Positions 37,604 to 50,594 of a stretch of 64,000 bases of DNA are shown in pieces. Position 1 is the stretch's first letter; each line of letters starts with the position of its first letter. The notes beneath the pieces are model-generated. The model worked only from the letters and a program-made list of their open reading frames with translations, was not told the DNA's origin and did no database searches. The position numbers were made by a program, and so were the translations under genes. Source of the DNA: Carcharhinus amblyrhynchos (Eukaryota); the NCBI GenBank assembly GCA_965287045.1, contig OZ336882.1, positions 53,258,001 to 53,322,000 on the forward strand, read 5' to 3'.

Positions 37604-39137
37604 TATATGTGACAATAATAAATCAAATCAAAGCTGTGACAGCTCACAAAACCCTGCTCTCCTCTATGTTCTTTATTTGTTCATCCCCTACATCAACTTT
37701 CTTACCCATTTCCCTATCTTCAGAAAATTCCAAACTTAATCTACACATTAAATGATGGTGGAGTATGCAGTTAATGATTTGGATACTTGCTCTGGCAAGA
37801 ACTAACACCTTCTGGGCTGTCTCAATGGTGAAACTCTTGTTTAGGTCACCAATGGTTTGCTAAGTCTTGCTATTCAGTTGTTCTTGGCATTTTCCTGGGA
37901 AAAGCCATAAATGAATTGGTAAGAGGGTTATCTTTGTCCCCAGCATCCGCCGGGAGCATAGTGGTCTGTGAGAATGAGGAGGGTATCATGTATTAGCATC
38001 CAAAGAACAGTGCAGAGGGAGGTCATTTAGTTCTCGTTCTTTCAACTTGCCAGACTCCATGTGGAAGGTAAGGAACTGTTGATAACTGTCAAACAATATG
38101 TCAGTGACCAGCCAGCTATCATGTGCACTGCAAACTGACTGATATCAATGCAGTTCCCAGAGGGAGGTAGAATGGAACAAGAGACATATATATTTTACCC
38201 ACAGTGACCTTCACTACCACAGGAAGTGCATTGCATGTTCTGATGCCAGTCCCATGAACGTCTCTCCGTTGAAACAATTGCAGCCACTATCAACAGCACT
38301 CCCCTGTGAAGTCCATCTTTGATGAGTACCCACACACTCCGAGATCCCCTTTACTGCAAACCTGAGTCATCTTTCCTTCCTTCCTCACAGTCACTCCTCC
38401 TGTTAATGTGGGAACCCCTATGGTAAGCTCAGCAGCATTCCTATGCTCCACAGTTGAGAAAAAAATAACTAATCCTTTGAAACACTTCTGGATTTTGAAA
38501 TTACGCATGACACATTCCACTTTGTGTGGAATTGTGCAATATCGGAGATTGCATGCTATTTTTCAAATCTCCCCTTGTATAAGCAAAATAATTGTTGCTG
38601 CTTGCAAGAATCCCCTGTAAAATACACAAACCTCAGGGGGCAGACTGACACTGAAATACTTCACACAGCTATTTACCAAAAGGAAATTACAGTCACATAA
38701 ATGATTGCTGAAACAACAGTGAAAGATACAAAAAGGATTGAAATGCAAGAGTCACTCAAAATGTTTAACTTGCAAGTAGAATTGTCCTCTTCAATTGTAC
38801 ACCATAATCCAAAAACAAGAGGGTGCCTTTGTTTTAGTTGAAAAGGAAAAAGATGATTGTGAATGAAGGACTACAAATAGAGTAAGGCTGAATAAAATGC
38901 TGCATATAGGCATGGAAAATCACTAACCATTGCAGCTCTACCTCTGGGCTTAATTTTAGAGGCAAGAGTGGTCCAGAAACAATGCTTTAAGTCATTCAAT
39001 CCCTTGAGCGGGCTCCACCATTCAATAAAACCGTGTTTCAATCTGTCCCTCAACTTTATTCACCCAGCCATTCATACTTAATGTAAATTTATTGAACTCA
39101 ATCTTAAAAGTCCAACTGAACCCATCATCTACAAGGA

Positions 39138-40092
39138 TTGCACAGTGGCACAATGGTTAGCACTGCTGTCTCACAACGCCAAGAGCCTGGGTTCAATTCC
39201 AGCCTTGGGTGACTGTGTGGAGTTTGTATGTTTCCTCCATGACTGCATGGGTTTCCTCAGGTGTTCTGGTTTCCTCCCACAGTCCAAAGATGTTCACGTT
39301 AGATAGAGTGGCCATGCCAAATTGATCCTTAGTGTCAGGGATATTAGCAGGGTAAATATAGAACATAGAAAGACTACAGCACAAACAGGCCCTTCGGCCC
39401 ACAAGTTGCACCGATCATATCCCTACCTACTAGACTTACCTATCATCCTCAATCCTATTAAGTCCCATGTACTCATCCAGAAGTCTCTTAAAAGACCCTA
39501 TCGAATTTGCCTCCACCACCACCGACGGCAGCCAATTCCACTCATCCACCACCCTCTGAGTGAAAAACTTACCCCTGACATCTCCTCTGTACCTACTCCC
39601 CACACCTTAAACCTGTGTCCTCTCCCTAGCAACAATGTCAGCCCTGGGAAAAAGCCTCTGAGAATCCACCCGATCTATACCTCTCAACATTTTATACAGC
39701 TCACCTCTCATCCTTCGTCTCTCCAAGGAGAAAAGACCGAGCTCCCTCAACCTATCCTCACAAGGCATGCCACCCAATCCAGGCAACATCCTTGTATATC
39801 TCCTCTGCACCCTTTCAATGGCTTCCACATCCCTCCTGTAATGAGGCGACCAGAACTGCGCACAGTACTCCAAGTGGGGTCTGACTAAGGTCTTATAAAG
39901 CTGCAGCATTATTTCCCGACTCCTAAACTCAATTCCTCGATTGATGAAGGCCAGTACGCCATATGCCTTCTTAACCACATCTTCTACCTGCGAGGCCGAT
40001 ATGTGTATGTGGATATGTGGATTACGGAGATAGGGCCTGGGTGAGATTGTTATTGGTGTAGACTCGATGGGCTAAATGGCCTCCTTATGTAC
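39138..40092 (+). mobile_element. V-SINE split by a CR1 insertion
   Basis: SINE head and core at 39138-39358; the SINE 3' part resumes at about 40000-40092. Confidence 0.75.
39359..39998 (-). mobile_element. Relatively young 5'-truncated CR1 LINE
   Basis: Peptide VKKAYGVLAFINRGIEFRSREIMLQLYKTLVRPHLEYCAQFWSPHYRRDVEAIERVQRRYTRMLPGL; tail TTCTATGTTCTAT on the minus strand. Confidence 0.9.
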
Positions 40093-41251
40093 TGGGGTGA
40101 TTCTATGATTCTCTGAGGGCAAAGAATTCCAGATTTCTACCACCCTTCCATAGGTTCCCTTGCGGTGAACAAAAAGGCATCAAACTGGAAGAGAAATACG
40201 GAGCAGGTCAAGTAGTCTCTGAACCAGAAGAATGTTCTCCCCACCTATCTTCAAGTTGCTGACATGCAAGATGTTAACTTCCATAAAATGTTTACAGGTG
40301 AGCTGTACGCTCCTCACGTTTTCTGTTTTTAATTTCACACACGTGTGATTGAGTCAGCTTCCTGCGGTTAAATCTAAACCATTAGACGGTTGGAACAAAT
40401 TGGCTTCAACTAGCTAACTGTAATGATGGCTCGCTATTGCTTAATTAACTCAATGTAAATATTCATATTCCACCTCTGCAATGAGCAGCTTTTACAACTC
40501 TGGAAACAGCAACATTTAATTTCTGTGCAAATGCAACAGCAATTTGTTTGCGTGTTTTTTTTGCATGGAACCTTTAGCTTTCACTCTCTATTATCTTGCC
40601 ATGATTCATCAAGAGTTTGGATATTAAAGGACAAGTTTGAAATTCTCAATTTCAGCGGTACAAGGACCAATTTTAATTCCTACAGCTATTTTCTGTCTGA
40701 TATTCCTTTCTAGGTTGGGCAGTTTAGTTTTCTTAGAGAAAAAAATTCAGGTTTCACGACCAAAGGAATCGACTGAAAGTTATCATTAAGCTTGTTGGAA
40801 TTCATGCCAGCAGATGTGGAGGCTCTATAATCCCAGTGTGAGTTAATAGCATGTGAATGGTCAAAACATTTGTTTGAAATGCATTTGTTTGATACCTTCG
40901 CAGAGGCACCAAAATAAAACTGAATAAAGCCTCTGATAAAACAGCAGAGAAAGGGCTTACAGAAAAAATGTATTATGAGTTCCAGTGCTCAATGCAATTT
41001 CAAGGTCACAGTTTTTAGTTTAATCCATTGAACCTTCCTGATCCCCAAAACAGCACTTTAACGTTTGATAAATTGTTGTGTGCCCTGTAAACAAAAAAAG
41101 GGGACTTGATAAATCTAGCTGGATTCTGTTGTTATCAGAATGGTGTAGACTATGAATATTGCCTGGCAACATTACTGAGCATTTAGTTTGTTTTGAGGTT
41201 GATATTAGGCTCCATGTAATCCTTTAGTGTCTGTCCAAAAGTTTGTGCTTC

Positions 41252-41560
41252 GAATCACAGAATCATATTGCTATAGTACACAAAGAGGCCATTCAGCCCT
41301 TTAAGCCTGCACCGACAACAATCCCACCCTGGCTCTATCCCCGTAACCTCACTTATGTACCCTGATAATTCCCCTGACATTAAGGGGCAATTTATCATGT
41401 CCAATCAACCTAACCCACACATCTTTGAAGTGTGGGAGGAAACTGGAGCACCCAGAGGAAACCCACGCAACCATGGGGAGAACGTGCAAAATCCATGCAG
41501 ACAGTGACTCGACGCTGGAATTGAACCCGGTACCTTTGCGCTATGAGGCAGCAGCACTGT
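41252..41560 (-). mobile_element. V-SINE / HE1-like
   Basis: Reverse-complement V core and CR1-type tail. Confidence 0.8.
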
Positions 41561-43799
41561 GTTGTTTTGCTACAAAGTATTTTGTACTATATTACAGATG
41601 AAGGATTGATATCACAAAGTTGCTTTTAAATATTAATTTGTTTTTAGATGTTAAAAGGCTCTAAATATAACTATTAGCAAATATATAATTAGCAATTAAA
41701 ATAATGTGCAGTGAACAATAAAATCAGTCACATCTGGCATCAGATGCCTGGCTTAGACATTAGGTAACTGTCTGACTGTACACATGACTAGTGAGACATG
41801 AGTTGCCATCTATTCCTGCTTAGTTTCGCAGTGCAGGCATCATTTCCAATCCATGCTGGCAGTGTTTCAACCTTTCTTCTTACATTTGACTTCATTTTGT
41901 TAAATGTGGTTCATGAGTTTACAATTGGTTGCATCCATTCCAGAAATCCAATGATCTTTAATACACCCCCATAATTTTAACAGGTCTGCTGGACTGATTT
42001 ACACATGTGGCATAGTCTTTAAACACTAGTCAGCAAGTGAATAGAACTTCATCAGGAGGAATATAATTGGGAGTAGTGCTTTGGTTTGGGTGGGGCATTG
42101 GAGTGGGGGTATTGCATGGCAGCCATTAAATAATATTCTGATTTATCATTACAAAGATGATCATGCTTCATTCACTGTTGAAATAAAGTCAACATGACTT
42201 TATGCCGTATGACATTTGGTTTCTTGATATTTAATTCTGTCACCAGGTAACTAGGAGCACCCCCATCTCCCATGTCCAATGGTCAGGAACAGTTAAACAT
42301 CATTTACTTCCAACGTTTCTTCCTCTGCACTTGTGAGCTGGCAAATCCGTGAAGGCCACATCCAGTTCTCCCCTTCATGTTCTGTGCTGTCTTCTGTAAC
42401 AAGGGAAAGAAGAGTCCTATGAATGAATATGAGGGCATATGCTCATTTAATCAATGCAATGGATACCAAGAGAGAAAGGCCTGGCATTTCAGAATGAGAG
42501 GGAAGGATATGGGTACAAAGGAAAGGGCTGGTGGGTGTGAGGAGTGACGTGATTAACCAGAGTTGACAAGGCAAAGTAGTAGAGGGTACTTCATGCAATA
42601 CAATATAGGTGCTATGTCATTGAAGCTTTGAGCCTAATCTACGATTGATGTTCCTGTTCCAGATATTCAAACTCCTGCAAAATCTATCCTTGGATTGGCC
42701 CTTTGGATACAGGTGATGAGATTGCTTTGTGCAACTCTTCATTATGTGCGCACAGATTGGACTGTAAAGCTGCAAGTAAAGTGAAAATGAGATGGCTGAG
42801 ATGAAAAAGCCCCTGACAGACACAGCAAACTTATCTCCAGATTTTCCGCTCAGTGTCCGACACCCGACATCTCAGAGCATCTTCCTGTAAATATCAGAGA
42901 TCAATCAGGCACCTGAACAAAGTCTTCTGACCCTGGGCACTGAATATAATGAAAATATCAGTCCAAATCTAATGTACAAGGCTTATAAGTCTAGTGCTCA
43001 GAAGGAAAATTCCCCCCCAAGGCAAATAATTGTTTGAGAAGTCAATCCTTCCCAGTTCTGCTTTTCCAGACTGATCTGCCAGGAGAGGATCTTACCAAAC
43101 TCAGTTTGTGCTGGAAATCTCAAAGGGAGCAGTGGAGGAATTCTGAGCACAACCCACACCCAATTTATATAGCACTAGCTGTCCCATTCTGTAGATAAAG
43201 AATTTAAATGTTGCAAAGCTTCTTAGAAAAGCTACGGAGAGAAGATGTGTATGAGGAGTAGGGTAAGAGGGTAGGGTAGATAAGCAAGTGGAAAAGAGAG
43301 TAATGTGGGGAAGGAGGTAGAGTGGGAATGGTAAATGTATAAGATGATAGGGTGGCTGAGGGGGTAGAGTGAGCGAGGGTGTGGGGGTAAGATAAGTGGT
43401 TAATGAGGATGGGCCATGGTAGGTAGGATGGCAAATGGGTGAGTTGGGTTGGGACGGGAGGAATTTTCAGGTCTGGAGCTTGTCAGATTGGGTCAGGAGG
43501 TAGTCAAGTGGTGGATGTTTGCTAGGGGGAGCCAGTGATTGGAAGACATGAGAGGCTGGAGAGAGTCAGAGGTATTGAATGGGAATTGAGAGTGGGGGTG
43601 GTCAGTGTGATTGATTGGAGAGGGTCAGTGTATAGTTAGCCAGGAATTCAATCGTTTCTCTGTCTAATATTTTAAGGCCAAATATTCAGGTAATTAAATC
43701 GGAACCATCTGAGGAGATTTTTCAGAGTCTCCTGGGGAATTGCCCACTGGGAGTTCAAACTTGCTGGGCAATTGCAGTCTTTGAAAATACCTTTCAGAC

Positions 43800-44530
43800 T
43801 TTCAAAGAAATGCTGCTGTAGAAAGTAGTCTGGGTGTCCCTGAACATGAATCACAACAGGCTAGCGTACAGCTGCAGCAAGTAACGCAGAAAGCAAATGG
43901 GATGTTGACCACCATTACAAAGGAGATGAAGTATAAAAGTAATCTTGCTCAACTGCACTGAGCATTGGTAAGACCCCATTTAAAGTAGTGTGTACATTTC
44001 TGGTCTCAACTTAGATGTTTAATGAAAGTGTTTCAGAAAAGGTTCAGTAAGGCCGATTCCCTTGACGAAGACATTGTTTTGTGAGGAAATGTTGAGCAGG
44101 TTGGGCCCATATCCACTGGAATTTAGAAAAATGAGAGCTGATCTTATTGAAACATATGGGATTCTGAGTGGGCTTCCCAGGATAGACACTGTGAGGATAT
44201 TTCCTCTCTTGGGAGAATCTAGAACAGTTTAAGAATAGTCACTTGGTAGTTTAAAAATAAGGGCCTCTCAGTTAAGAGGGAGATTTTCTTCTTTCAGAGG
44301 GTTGTTAGTCTTTGTATTTCCTTCCACAGACAACAGTGCAGGTTAGACTATTGAATATATTCAAAGCTAAGTTGGACAGATAAATATATGATCGACAAGG
44401 GAGTCAGCGGGTTATGAGGGACATACAGGACTGTGGAGTTACGGCCATAATCAGATCAACCACAATATTATTGAATGTTGTGACATACTCTTTAGTTGAA
44501 TGGCTTACACACGCTCCTATTTCTTATGAA
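43800..44530 (+). mobile_element. CR1 LINE 3' fragment
   Basis: Decayed KANGML, ALVRPHL and MRADLIETY motifs; tail CTCCTATTTCTTATG. Confidence 0.75.
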
Positions 44531-46384
44531 AACTAAATCAATCACAACATATTCTTTATGCTTGACTTGTGTAAACTGGTTCTTCTATCAAGCATGCAAC
44601 CTTGGACACAAATGCCCAAACCTTGTATTTGTATCAGTTTAGACTAGGGATAGGAACTGTCTCTTTGTCTTTTGTTGTATTGCATATATTTGCAGTAACA
44701 ATACAAGGCTATGTATTTGGTGGTAAATCCACCATTGACAAATTTTTGCTGCTTCTGTCAGTATTACTGCTACTGTGCACCACCCATGTGATGGACTGAT
44801 ATACAATTAGCAATGTCATATCTAATTCTGAATGCTATTGTACTACCTTTCTGTTGATGCCCCCTTAATGAGCTCTTTAATTTGAAATGGATTAATTCCA
44901 ATGTCAAATTATCACATCATAGACCATATTAAGCATCTATACATGACAGTTGTCATTCAGAATATCCTGTCTTCCATTATCATCCAAACATGGCCCAACA
45001 ATTTTGTACACAACATTCAAGTGCTAAAGAAATTTTGTTCAATATTTTGAAGTAATACGTTCATAACCTAGATATTTTCTTGTTTTAAACTATGTGTCAC
45101 TCAACCTTCTTAAGTGCTTGACTGCCTATGACTTCCGAAATAATAGGGACAGGGAGTAACATGCAAATGTTAATGAATAAACTTGGTGTGAAAAAGAGTA
45201 AAGGAATCTACTGATTTCTGCATTGTCTGGGTTTCGTGACAGAACAGTTTGGGCTGTATCAACAAGGTTCAATGTCCATGTTCATATTGTTTGTGCCAGG
45301 ATAGATCACTGACCATAGGGTCAGCATTTGCTCTGCAATCATTACAATTTACAAGCCTTGGATGTTGTTATTGAAGAGGCTAAATGTCCCTGAATGACAA
45401 AATCCTTTCAAATGTCAGCTAGCTGTGTTGTCTGAGGAAATGGGCCCACATCAGATGCAGTCACAATTGGAGCTGAATCCAGTGTTTCCTTTATAGACTG
45501 TATCTATGAGTACCTTCTGATTCTACTGAAGCTGATGCGCAGGATATAATTCCCTGCAGGTCGCATTCTGACATTGCCTCCTGAACATAAGTATGTCTTA
45601 GGATGCATTTATACTGAAGCCACAAAGGAACTGTAAGTGATTCATCTTTTGAGTCATCTCCAAGTTGTGATCAAGTGCCCTTTGTATCAAGATAATCAGC
45701 GTTTCCATCATTCTTCCCTTTCTTGACAGCAATTCAACTTAATTAAGACAGTTTAGCATTCCTGTGCACTTTTATTCTTAGGTTCGCAAAAACTAAAGCA
45801 CACTTATCACAAACGTGTGTCTCTTCTTGAAGATCTGGTTCAACATGAAATATTGGATTCTATTGCACCCTCTCTCATGTTGTTAATCTTACTTAATCAG
45901 GAGAATTCATAGCGTGAAATCAGAAGACGAGCTAGCTGTCATTATTCTCTTTCTGTGTTCCTGGTGCCCTAAAATAACTGAGGTGACTGTCTGCCTGTAA
46001 TTAGCCATCAGCTGCAAGGGACTATAGGCACCTCTTCAGTCTCACAAAGAGACAAGTGGTTATAGCTTCATGCGCATTATTCCACATCAAACATAGCTTA
46101 GCAGGAATCTCTCCCATTTTTGCTGCCTGCCATGGGCATGTTGGAAAGATTAGTAGGTTTATTACCAATTATTTTGACCATGCCATGAACATACCTTCCT
46201 TTGTCAACATGCCCTGGAGTGAGGCTTGAATTTAAGCTTCTGATTCAGAGGTAGCGGCACTACCCATTGAGCTACAGGTTCTCTCTGAAGTGGATGTATA
46301 CTTCAATATATGATATTGAAAGTGAGCAAATACTGGCTTTCAAGATATGACTTTCAATCCATGGATCTGCAGCTGGCTTCCTAG

Positions 46385-46920
46385 AAACATAGCAAGACAC
46401 AGCACAATAAGCATCCAATCCATTGTTCAGTAGAGTTTTCCAATGTGTCCCACTTTCCTGCTCTTTTTGTAGAGCCCTGTGATTACTTTCCCTCCAACTA
46501 TTTATCTAATTATTAGTTGAATCTGCTTCCCCTGCATCACCCTTTCAGGCAGTGCCTTCCAAATCACAACAAGCTCATTGTATCGAAGGAAGTGTTCCTT
46601 CATATAATCTTTGGCTCTTCAGCCAATCATCTTAAATCGTGAGCCTCCAATCACCATCCCTTCTGTCACTGAAATCAATTTCTCTTTATTAACTCAAAAT
46701 TGTCCATGATTTTGAGTACATCTATCAAATCTACTTCTGTGCTCGAAGCAGAACAGCTCGAACTTCTCCAGACTCTCCACCTAACTCAAGCTCTTCATCC
46801 CTGGCACCAATCTAGCAAATCTCCTCTGCAAATTCCAAAGACTTTGATATCATTCCTAAAATGTATTGCCCAGAATTAAGCACAATTCTCCAGCTGAACC
46901 CTAGCCATTCTTTTCAAAAC
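46385..46920 (-). mobile_element. CR1 LINE 3' fragment, old
   Basis: GAATCTGCTTCC...CCCTTTCAGGCAGTGCCTTCCAAATCACAAC and CTCATCCCTGG..CAATCTAGCAAATCTCCTCTGCA are reverse-strand CR1 motifs. Confidence 0.65.
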
Positions 46921-47607
46921 GTTTTGCATTCAGTTTAAATTGCCTCTTCCCACATTTCCAACTAACGTATTTCATTCCATTTAACTCTATGTCAAGTTGT
47001 AATTGTCATGTGACTGCTCATTTTGCTATGTCTGTTTTGGTGCATCCGTACTTTGCTCCTGTATCCCTAATTTAACTCTGCTGAGTTGAAATGAGAGATG
47101 GAGGACTGCATCAAGAATGCAACTGTAAGTCCTAGAATTTACAACATTGCCACCTGCAAAGCAAGATAAAGTCACCCACCTATTGTAAATAATCTATGCA
47201 CTGAGAGATAGTTTAGATGCTTGCAACAGTTTATCTGAAGCATAAACATGAACCCATTTTAGCAGCAAACATGGCCTTCTAAAATTGTTTCTTTATTTTA
47301 AATACTGTTGACAATTTGCAATCAAATCACTTGAACTACATTAATATTTTACAACCAAATTAGCGCTGGCACAACAGAGTATTGAAGATTCAAAGATGTC
47401 CTCAAACTGGGTGTTTTTCTTGTTAGGTCTGTACGTTTTGGGGGTTTTGCAGTATAAAACCTTTTTAATTCAAATATTCAGGCCCTGAAATTTACACCTG
47501 GGGCGGCGGTCCGGGGGACCAGAGGTGAGGGGGGTGGGGGGTGTGCATTGTCTGTGCCTGAAGTTGGCACAGACGGAAATGATGTGAAACCTGTTTCCAC
47601 CCAAGAT

Positions 47608-47974
47608 ACAGTAAAAAGTCTGACAACACCAGGTTTTAGTCCAACCTATTTATTTGATAATATACTCACTAGCTTTCGGGGTTACCCCCTTCGTCAGGTG
47701 AATGGAGAGTTCTGGCCTCAGACAGAGCATATAAAGCACAGACAGTTTACAGATTACTGATTAAAATGCGAATCCTTACACCTAACCTGCTGTTCAAGAC
47801 CTGAAGTGGCTGATAATGTGAGTGGAAGGAGCACTGATCACAGTTTAAAGAGATGTGTATTGTCTCCAGACAGTACAGTAAGTGAGGTTTTGCAAACCCA
47901 GGCAAGTCATGGGGGTTACAGATAGTGCGACATGAACCCAAGATCCCTGTTGAGACCGTCCTCATGTGTGCGGA
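47608..47974 (-). repeat. Pseudo-LTR (3' pLTR of the inverted arm, tail-less)
   Basis: Reverse complement of 53607-53973 with one substitution that I could see. Confidence 0.9.
47665..47702 (-). ncRNA. Minimal type I hammerhead ribozyme
   Basis: Minus strand reads UUCAC-CUGACGA-A-GGGG-GUAA-CCCC-GAAA-GC-UA-GUGAG. Confidence 0.85.
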
Positions 47975-50594
47975 ACTTGGCTATCAGTCTCTGCTCAGCG
48001 ACTCTGCGCTGTCGTGTGTCGTGAAGGCCGCCTTGGAGAACGCTTACCCGAAGGTCAGAGGCTGAATGCCCGTGACCACTGAAGTGTTCGCCAACAGGAA
48101 GGGAACAGTCTTGCCTGGTGACTGACGAGCGATGTTCATTCATCCGTTGTCGTAGCGTCTGCATGGTCTCCCCAATGTACCATGCTTCGGGACATCCTTT
48201 CTTGCAACGTATCAGGTAGACAATGTTGGCCGAGTTGCAAGAGTATTCACCACGTACCTGGTGGATGGTATTCTCACGTGTGATGATGGTATCCATGTCG
48301 ATGATCCGGCATGTCTTGCAGAGGTTGCTGTGACAGGGTTGTGTGGTATTGTGGTCACTGTTCTCCTGAAGGCTGGGTAGTTTGCTGCGAATAATGGTCT
48401 GTTTGAGGTTGTGTGGTTGTCTGAAAGCAAGAAGCGGGGGTGTGGGGATAGCCCTGGCGAGATGTTCGTCTTCATCAATGATATGTTGAAGACTCCGGAG
48501 AAGATGTCGTAGCTTCTCCGCTCCGGGGAAGTACTGGACGACGAAGGGTACTCTGTCCACTGTGTCCTGTGTTTGCCTTCTGAGGAGATTGGTGCGGTTT
48601 TTCGCTGTGGCGCATCGGAACTGCTGATCTATGAGTCGAGCACCATATCCTGTTCTTATGAGGGCATCTTTCAGGGTCTGGAGGTGTCTGTCACGATCCT
48701 CCTCATCTGAGCAAATCCTGTGTATACGGAGGGCTTGTCCATAGGGAATGGCTTCTTTAACATGTTTAGGGTGGAAACTGGAGAAGTGGAGCATTGTGAG
48801 ATTGTCTGTGGGCTTGCGGTACAGTGAGGTGCTGAGGTGACCGTCCTTAATGGAGATGCGTGTGTCCAAGAATGCAACTGATTCTGGGGAATAGTCCATG
48901 GTGAGTCTGATGGTGGGGTGGAATTTGTTGATATCATCATATAGTTGTTTCAGTGATTGTTCACCATGAGGCCAAAGGAAGAAAATGTCATCGATGTATC
49001 TAGTGTATAGCATTGGTTGAAGATTCTGTGCAGTGAAGAAGTCTTGTTCGAACCTGTGCATGAAGATGTTGGCATATTGAGGTGCAAATTTGGTCCCCAT
49101 GGCTGTTCCATGTGTCTGGATGAAAAACTGGTTGTTGAAGGTGAAGACATTGTGGTCCAGGATAAAGCGGATGAGTTGTAAAATTGCATCTGGAAACTGG
49201 CAGTTGTCAGCATTGAGTACTGAGGCAGTCGCAGCAATGCCATCGTTGTGGGGGATGTTGGTGTAGAGCGCTGAGACATCCATTGTGACGAGGAGTGTCC
49301 CTGGTTCAACTGCTCCGTGTGTGCTGAGTTTCAGTAGGAAGTCTGTAGTGTCGCGACAAAAGCTGGGGGTTCTTTGTACAATGGGTTTCAGGATGCCCTC
49401 GACGTAGCCGGAGAGGTTCTCACACAGAGTCCCATTGCCCGATACGATGGGACGGCCAGGTGTGTTTGCCTTGTGTATCTTTGGGAGGCAGTAGAGATCT
49501 CCAATGCGGGGAGTACGTGGAATGAGAGCACGAAGGGTGCTCTGAAGGTCCGGATCAAAGGTCTTGATCAGATTGTTGAGTTGACGAGTGTGTTCTTTGG
49601 TCGGATCTGTGGGTAATTGTCTGTAGTGTTCCTCATTGTTTAGTTGTCGGTACACTTCTTTACAGTAATCCGTTCTGTTCAGTATGACGATGGCCCCTCC
49701 TTTGTCTGCTGGTTTAATGACAATGTTGCGGTTTGTCTTGAGAGCGTGGATGGCGTTGCGTTGTGCTTGGGTGATGTTCGGGGCTGTCTTGTGAGTGCGG
49801 CTGATGAATCTGGTGTTAACGCACCTCCTGATGGTTTGGGCATACAAGTCCAGTCGAGGGCAGCGGCCTTCCGGAGGAGTCCAATTGGATTCCTTCCTCT
49901 TAGGCTGTTGCACTGCGGATCTCTCTGTCGGCTGTTCTGGTTCATCGACTGTCTCACTGTGTTTGTTGCTGGCCTCTTGGGGTTTGTGGAAAAACTCCCG
50001 CAGCCTCATTCGCCTGATGAATTCCTCTGTGTCCGCTGCGAGACTGATGGGGTCCATTTTGGTGGTGGGGCAGAAATTGAGCCCTCGGCTGAGAACTTCG
50101 ATTTCATCTGGTTGAAGTGTGTAGTCCGACAAGTTGACAATAGACCTCCCTGCGGTAGTGCTGTTTTCTACTGTGGTGCCGGGGGAGGCTTGGTTGTTGC
50201 TGGTGGCGATGCCGAGTTTTTCAAGTTTCCTGTTCTTGGTGTGCGTGTAGGTGGTGTAGTTTCTTTGTCTCATCTGCTTGGCAGAGTTTCGCAGTTGGTC
50301 TGCATCCTGAGCACAAGTTGAGAAAATGTATTCCATTTTAGTTTCCAGGGTGTGGCGTTTGCTGTAAAGCTGGTGTATGAGGTGGTTGAGAAGTGTGAGA
50401 GAGGTGCGACGGCAAAGTCTCTCAGCGTAGTCTGTGTTATAGGTTGCCCTGAGTGGGTTCGTGATCTGTAGTCCTTTTGGTATCTTGTCTGCTTTCTTGC
50501 ATCTCTGTAAAAACTTGATGTCTGTGTCGATATGCGCAATCTTCTTGGAGATCCTCTCCACTTGGATCCGGCAGTTTGCGGTGTCCGCACACAT
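47916..50594 (-). CDS. Penelope-like RT + GIY-YIG endonuclease, inverted copy with a chimeric N-terminus (MCADTANC..., 892 aa)
   Basis: Uninterrupted frame. The protein matches the plus copy from DTANC onward except QVRG vs QVHG. The first in-frame ATG (50594-50592) comes from the antisense strand of the central pLTR; the track start at 50633 is a GTG. Confidence 0.85.
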   Translation of the reverse strand: MCADTANCRIQVERISKKIAHIDTDIKFLQRCKKADKIPKGLQITNPLRATYNTDYAERLCRRTSLTLLNHLIHQLYSKRHTLETKMEYIFSTCAQDADQLRNSAKQMRQRNYTTYTHTKNRKLEKLGIATSNNQASPGTTVENSTTAGRSIVNLSDYTLQPDEIEVLSRGLNFCPTTKMDPISLAADTEEFIRRMRLREFFHKPQEASNKHSETVDEPEQPTERSAVQQPKRKESNWTPPEGRCPRLDLYAQTIRRCVNTRFISRTHKTAPNITQAQRNAIHALKTNRNIVIKPADKGGAIVILNRTDYCKEVYRQLNNEEHYRQLPTDPTKEHTRQLNNLIKTFDPDLQSTLRALIPRTPRIGDLYCLPKIHKANTPGRPIVSGNGTLCENLSGYVEGILKPIVQRTPSFCRDTTDFLLKLSTHGAVEPGTLLVTMDVSALYTNIPHNDGIAATASVLNADNCQFPDAILQLIRFILDHNVFTFNNQFFIQTHGTAMGTKFAPQYANIFMHRFEQDFFTAQNLQPMLYTRYIDDIFFLWPHGEQSLKQLYDDINKFHPTIRLTMDYSPESVAFLDTRISIKDGHLSTSLYRKPTDNLTMLHFSSFHPKHVKEAIPYGQALRIHRICSDEEDRDRHLQTLKDALIRTGYGARLIDQQFRCATAKNRTNLLRRQTQDTVDRVPFVVQYFPGAEKLRHLLRSLQHIIDEDEHLARAIPTPPLLAFRQPHNLKQTIIRSKLPSLQENSDHNTTQPCHSNLCKTCRIIDMDTIITRENTIHQVRGEYSCNSANIVYLIRCKKGCPEAWYIGETMQTLRQRMNEHRSSVTRQDCSLPVGEHFSGHGHSASDLRVSVLQGGLHDTRQRRVAEQRLIAKFRTHEDGLNRDLGFMSHYL

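Noticed and set aside
49644-50321. 225-aa ORF antisense to the PLE ORF (mirror copy at 51260-51937) and other overlapping 80-120-aa ORFs
   Set aside because: These are shadow frames of an A/C-rich coding strand with no recognisable motifs. They are duplicated only because the arms are duplicated.
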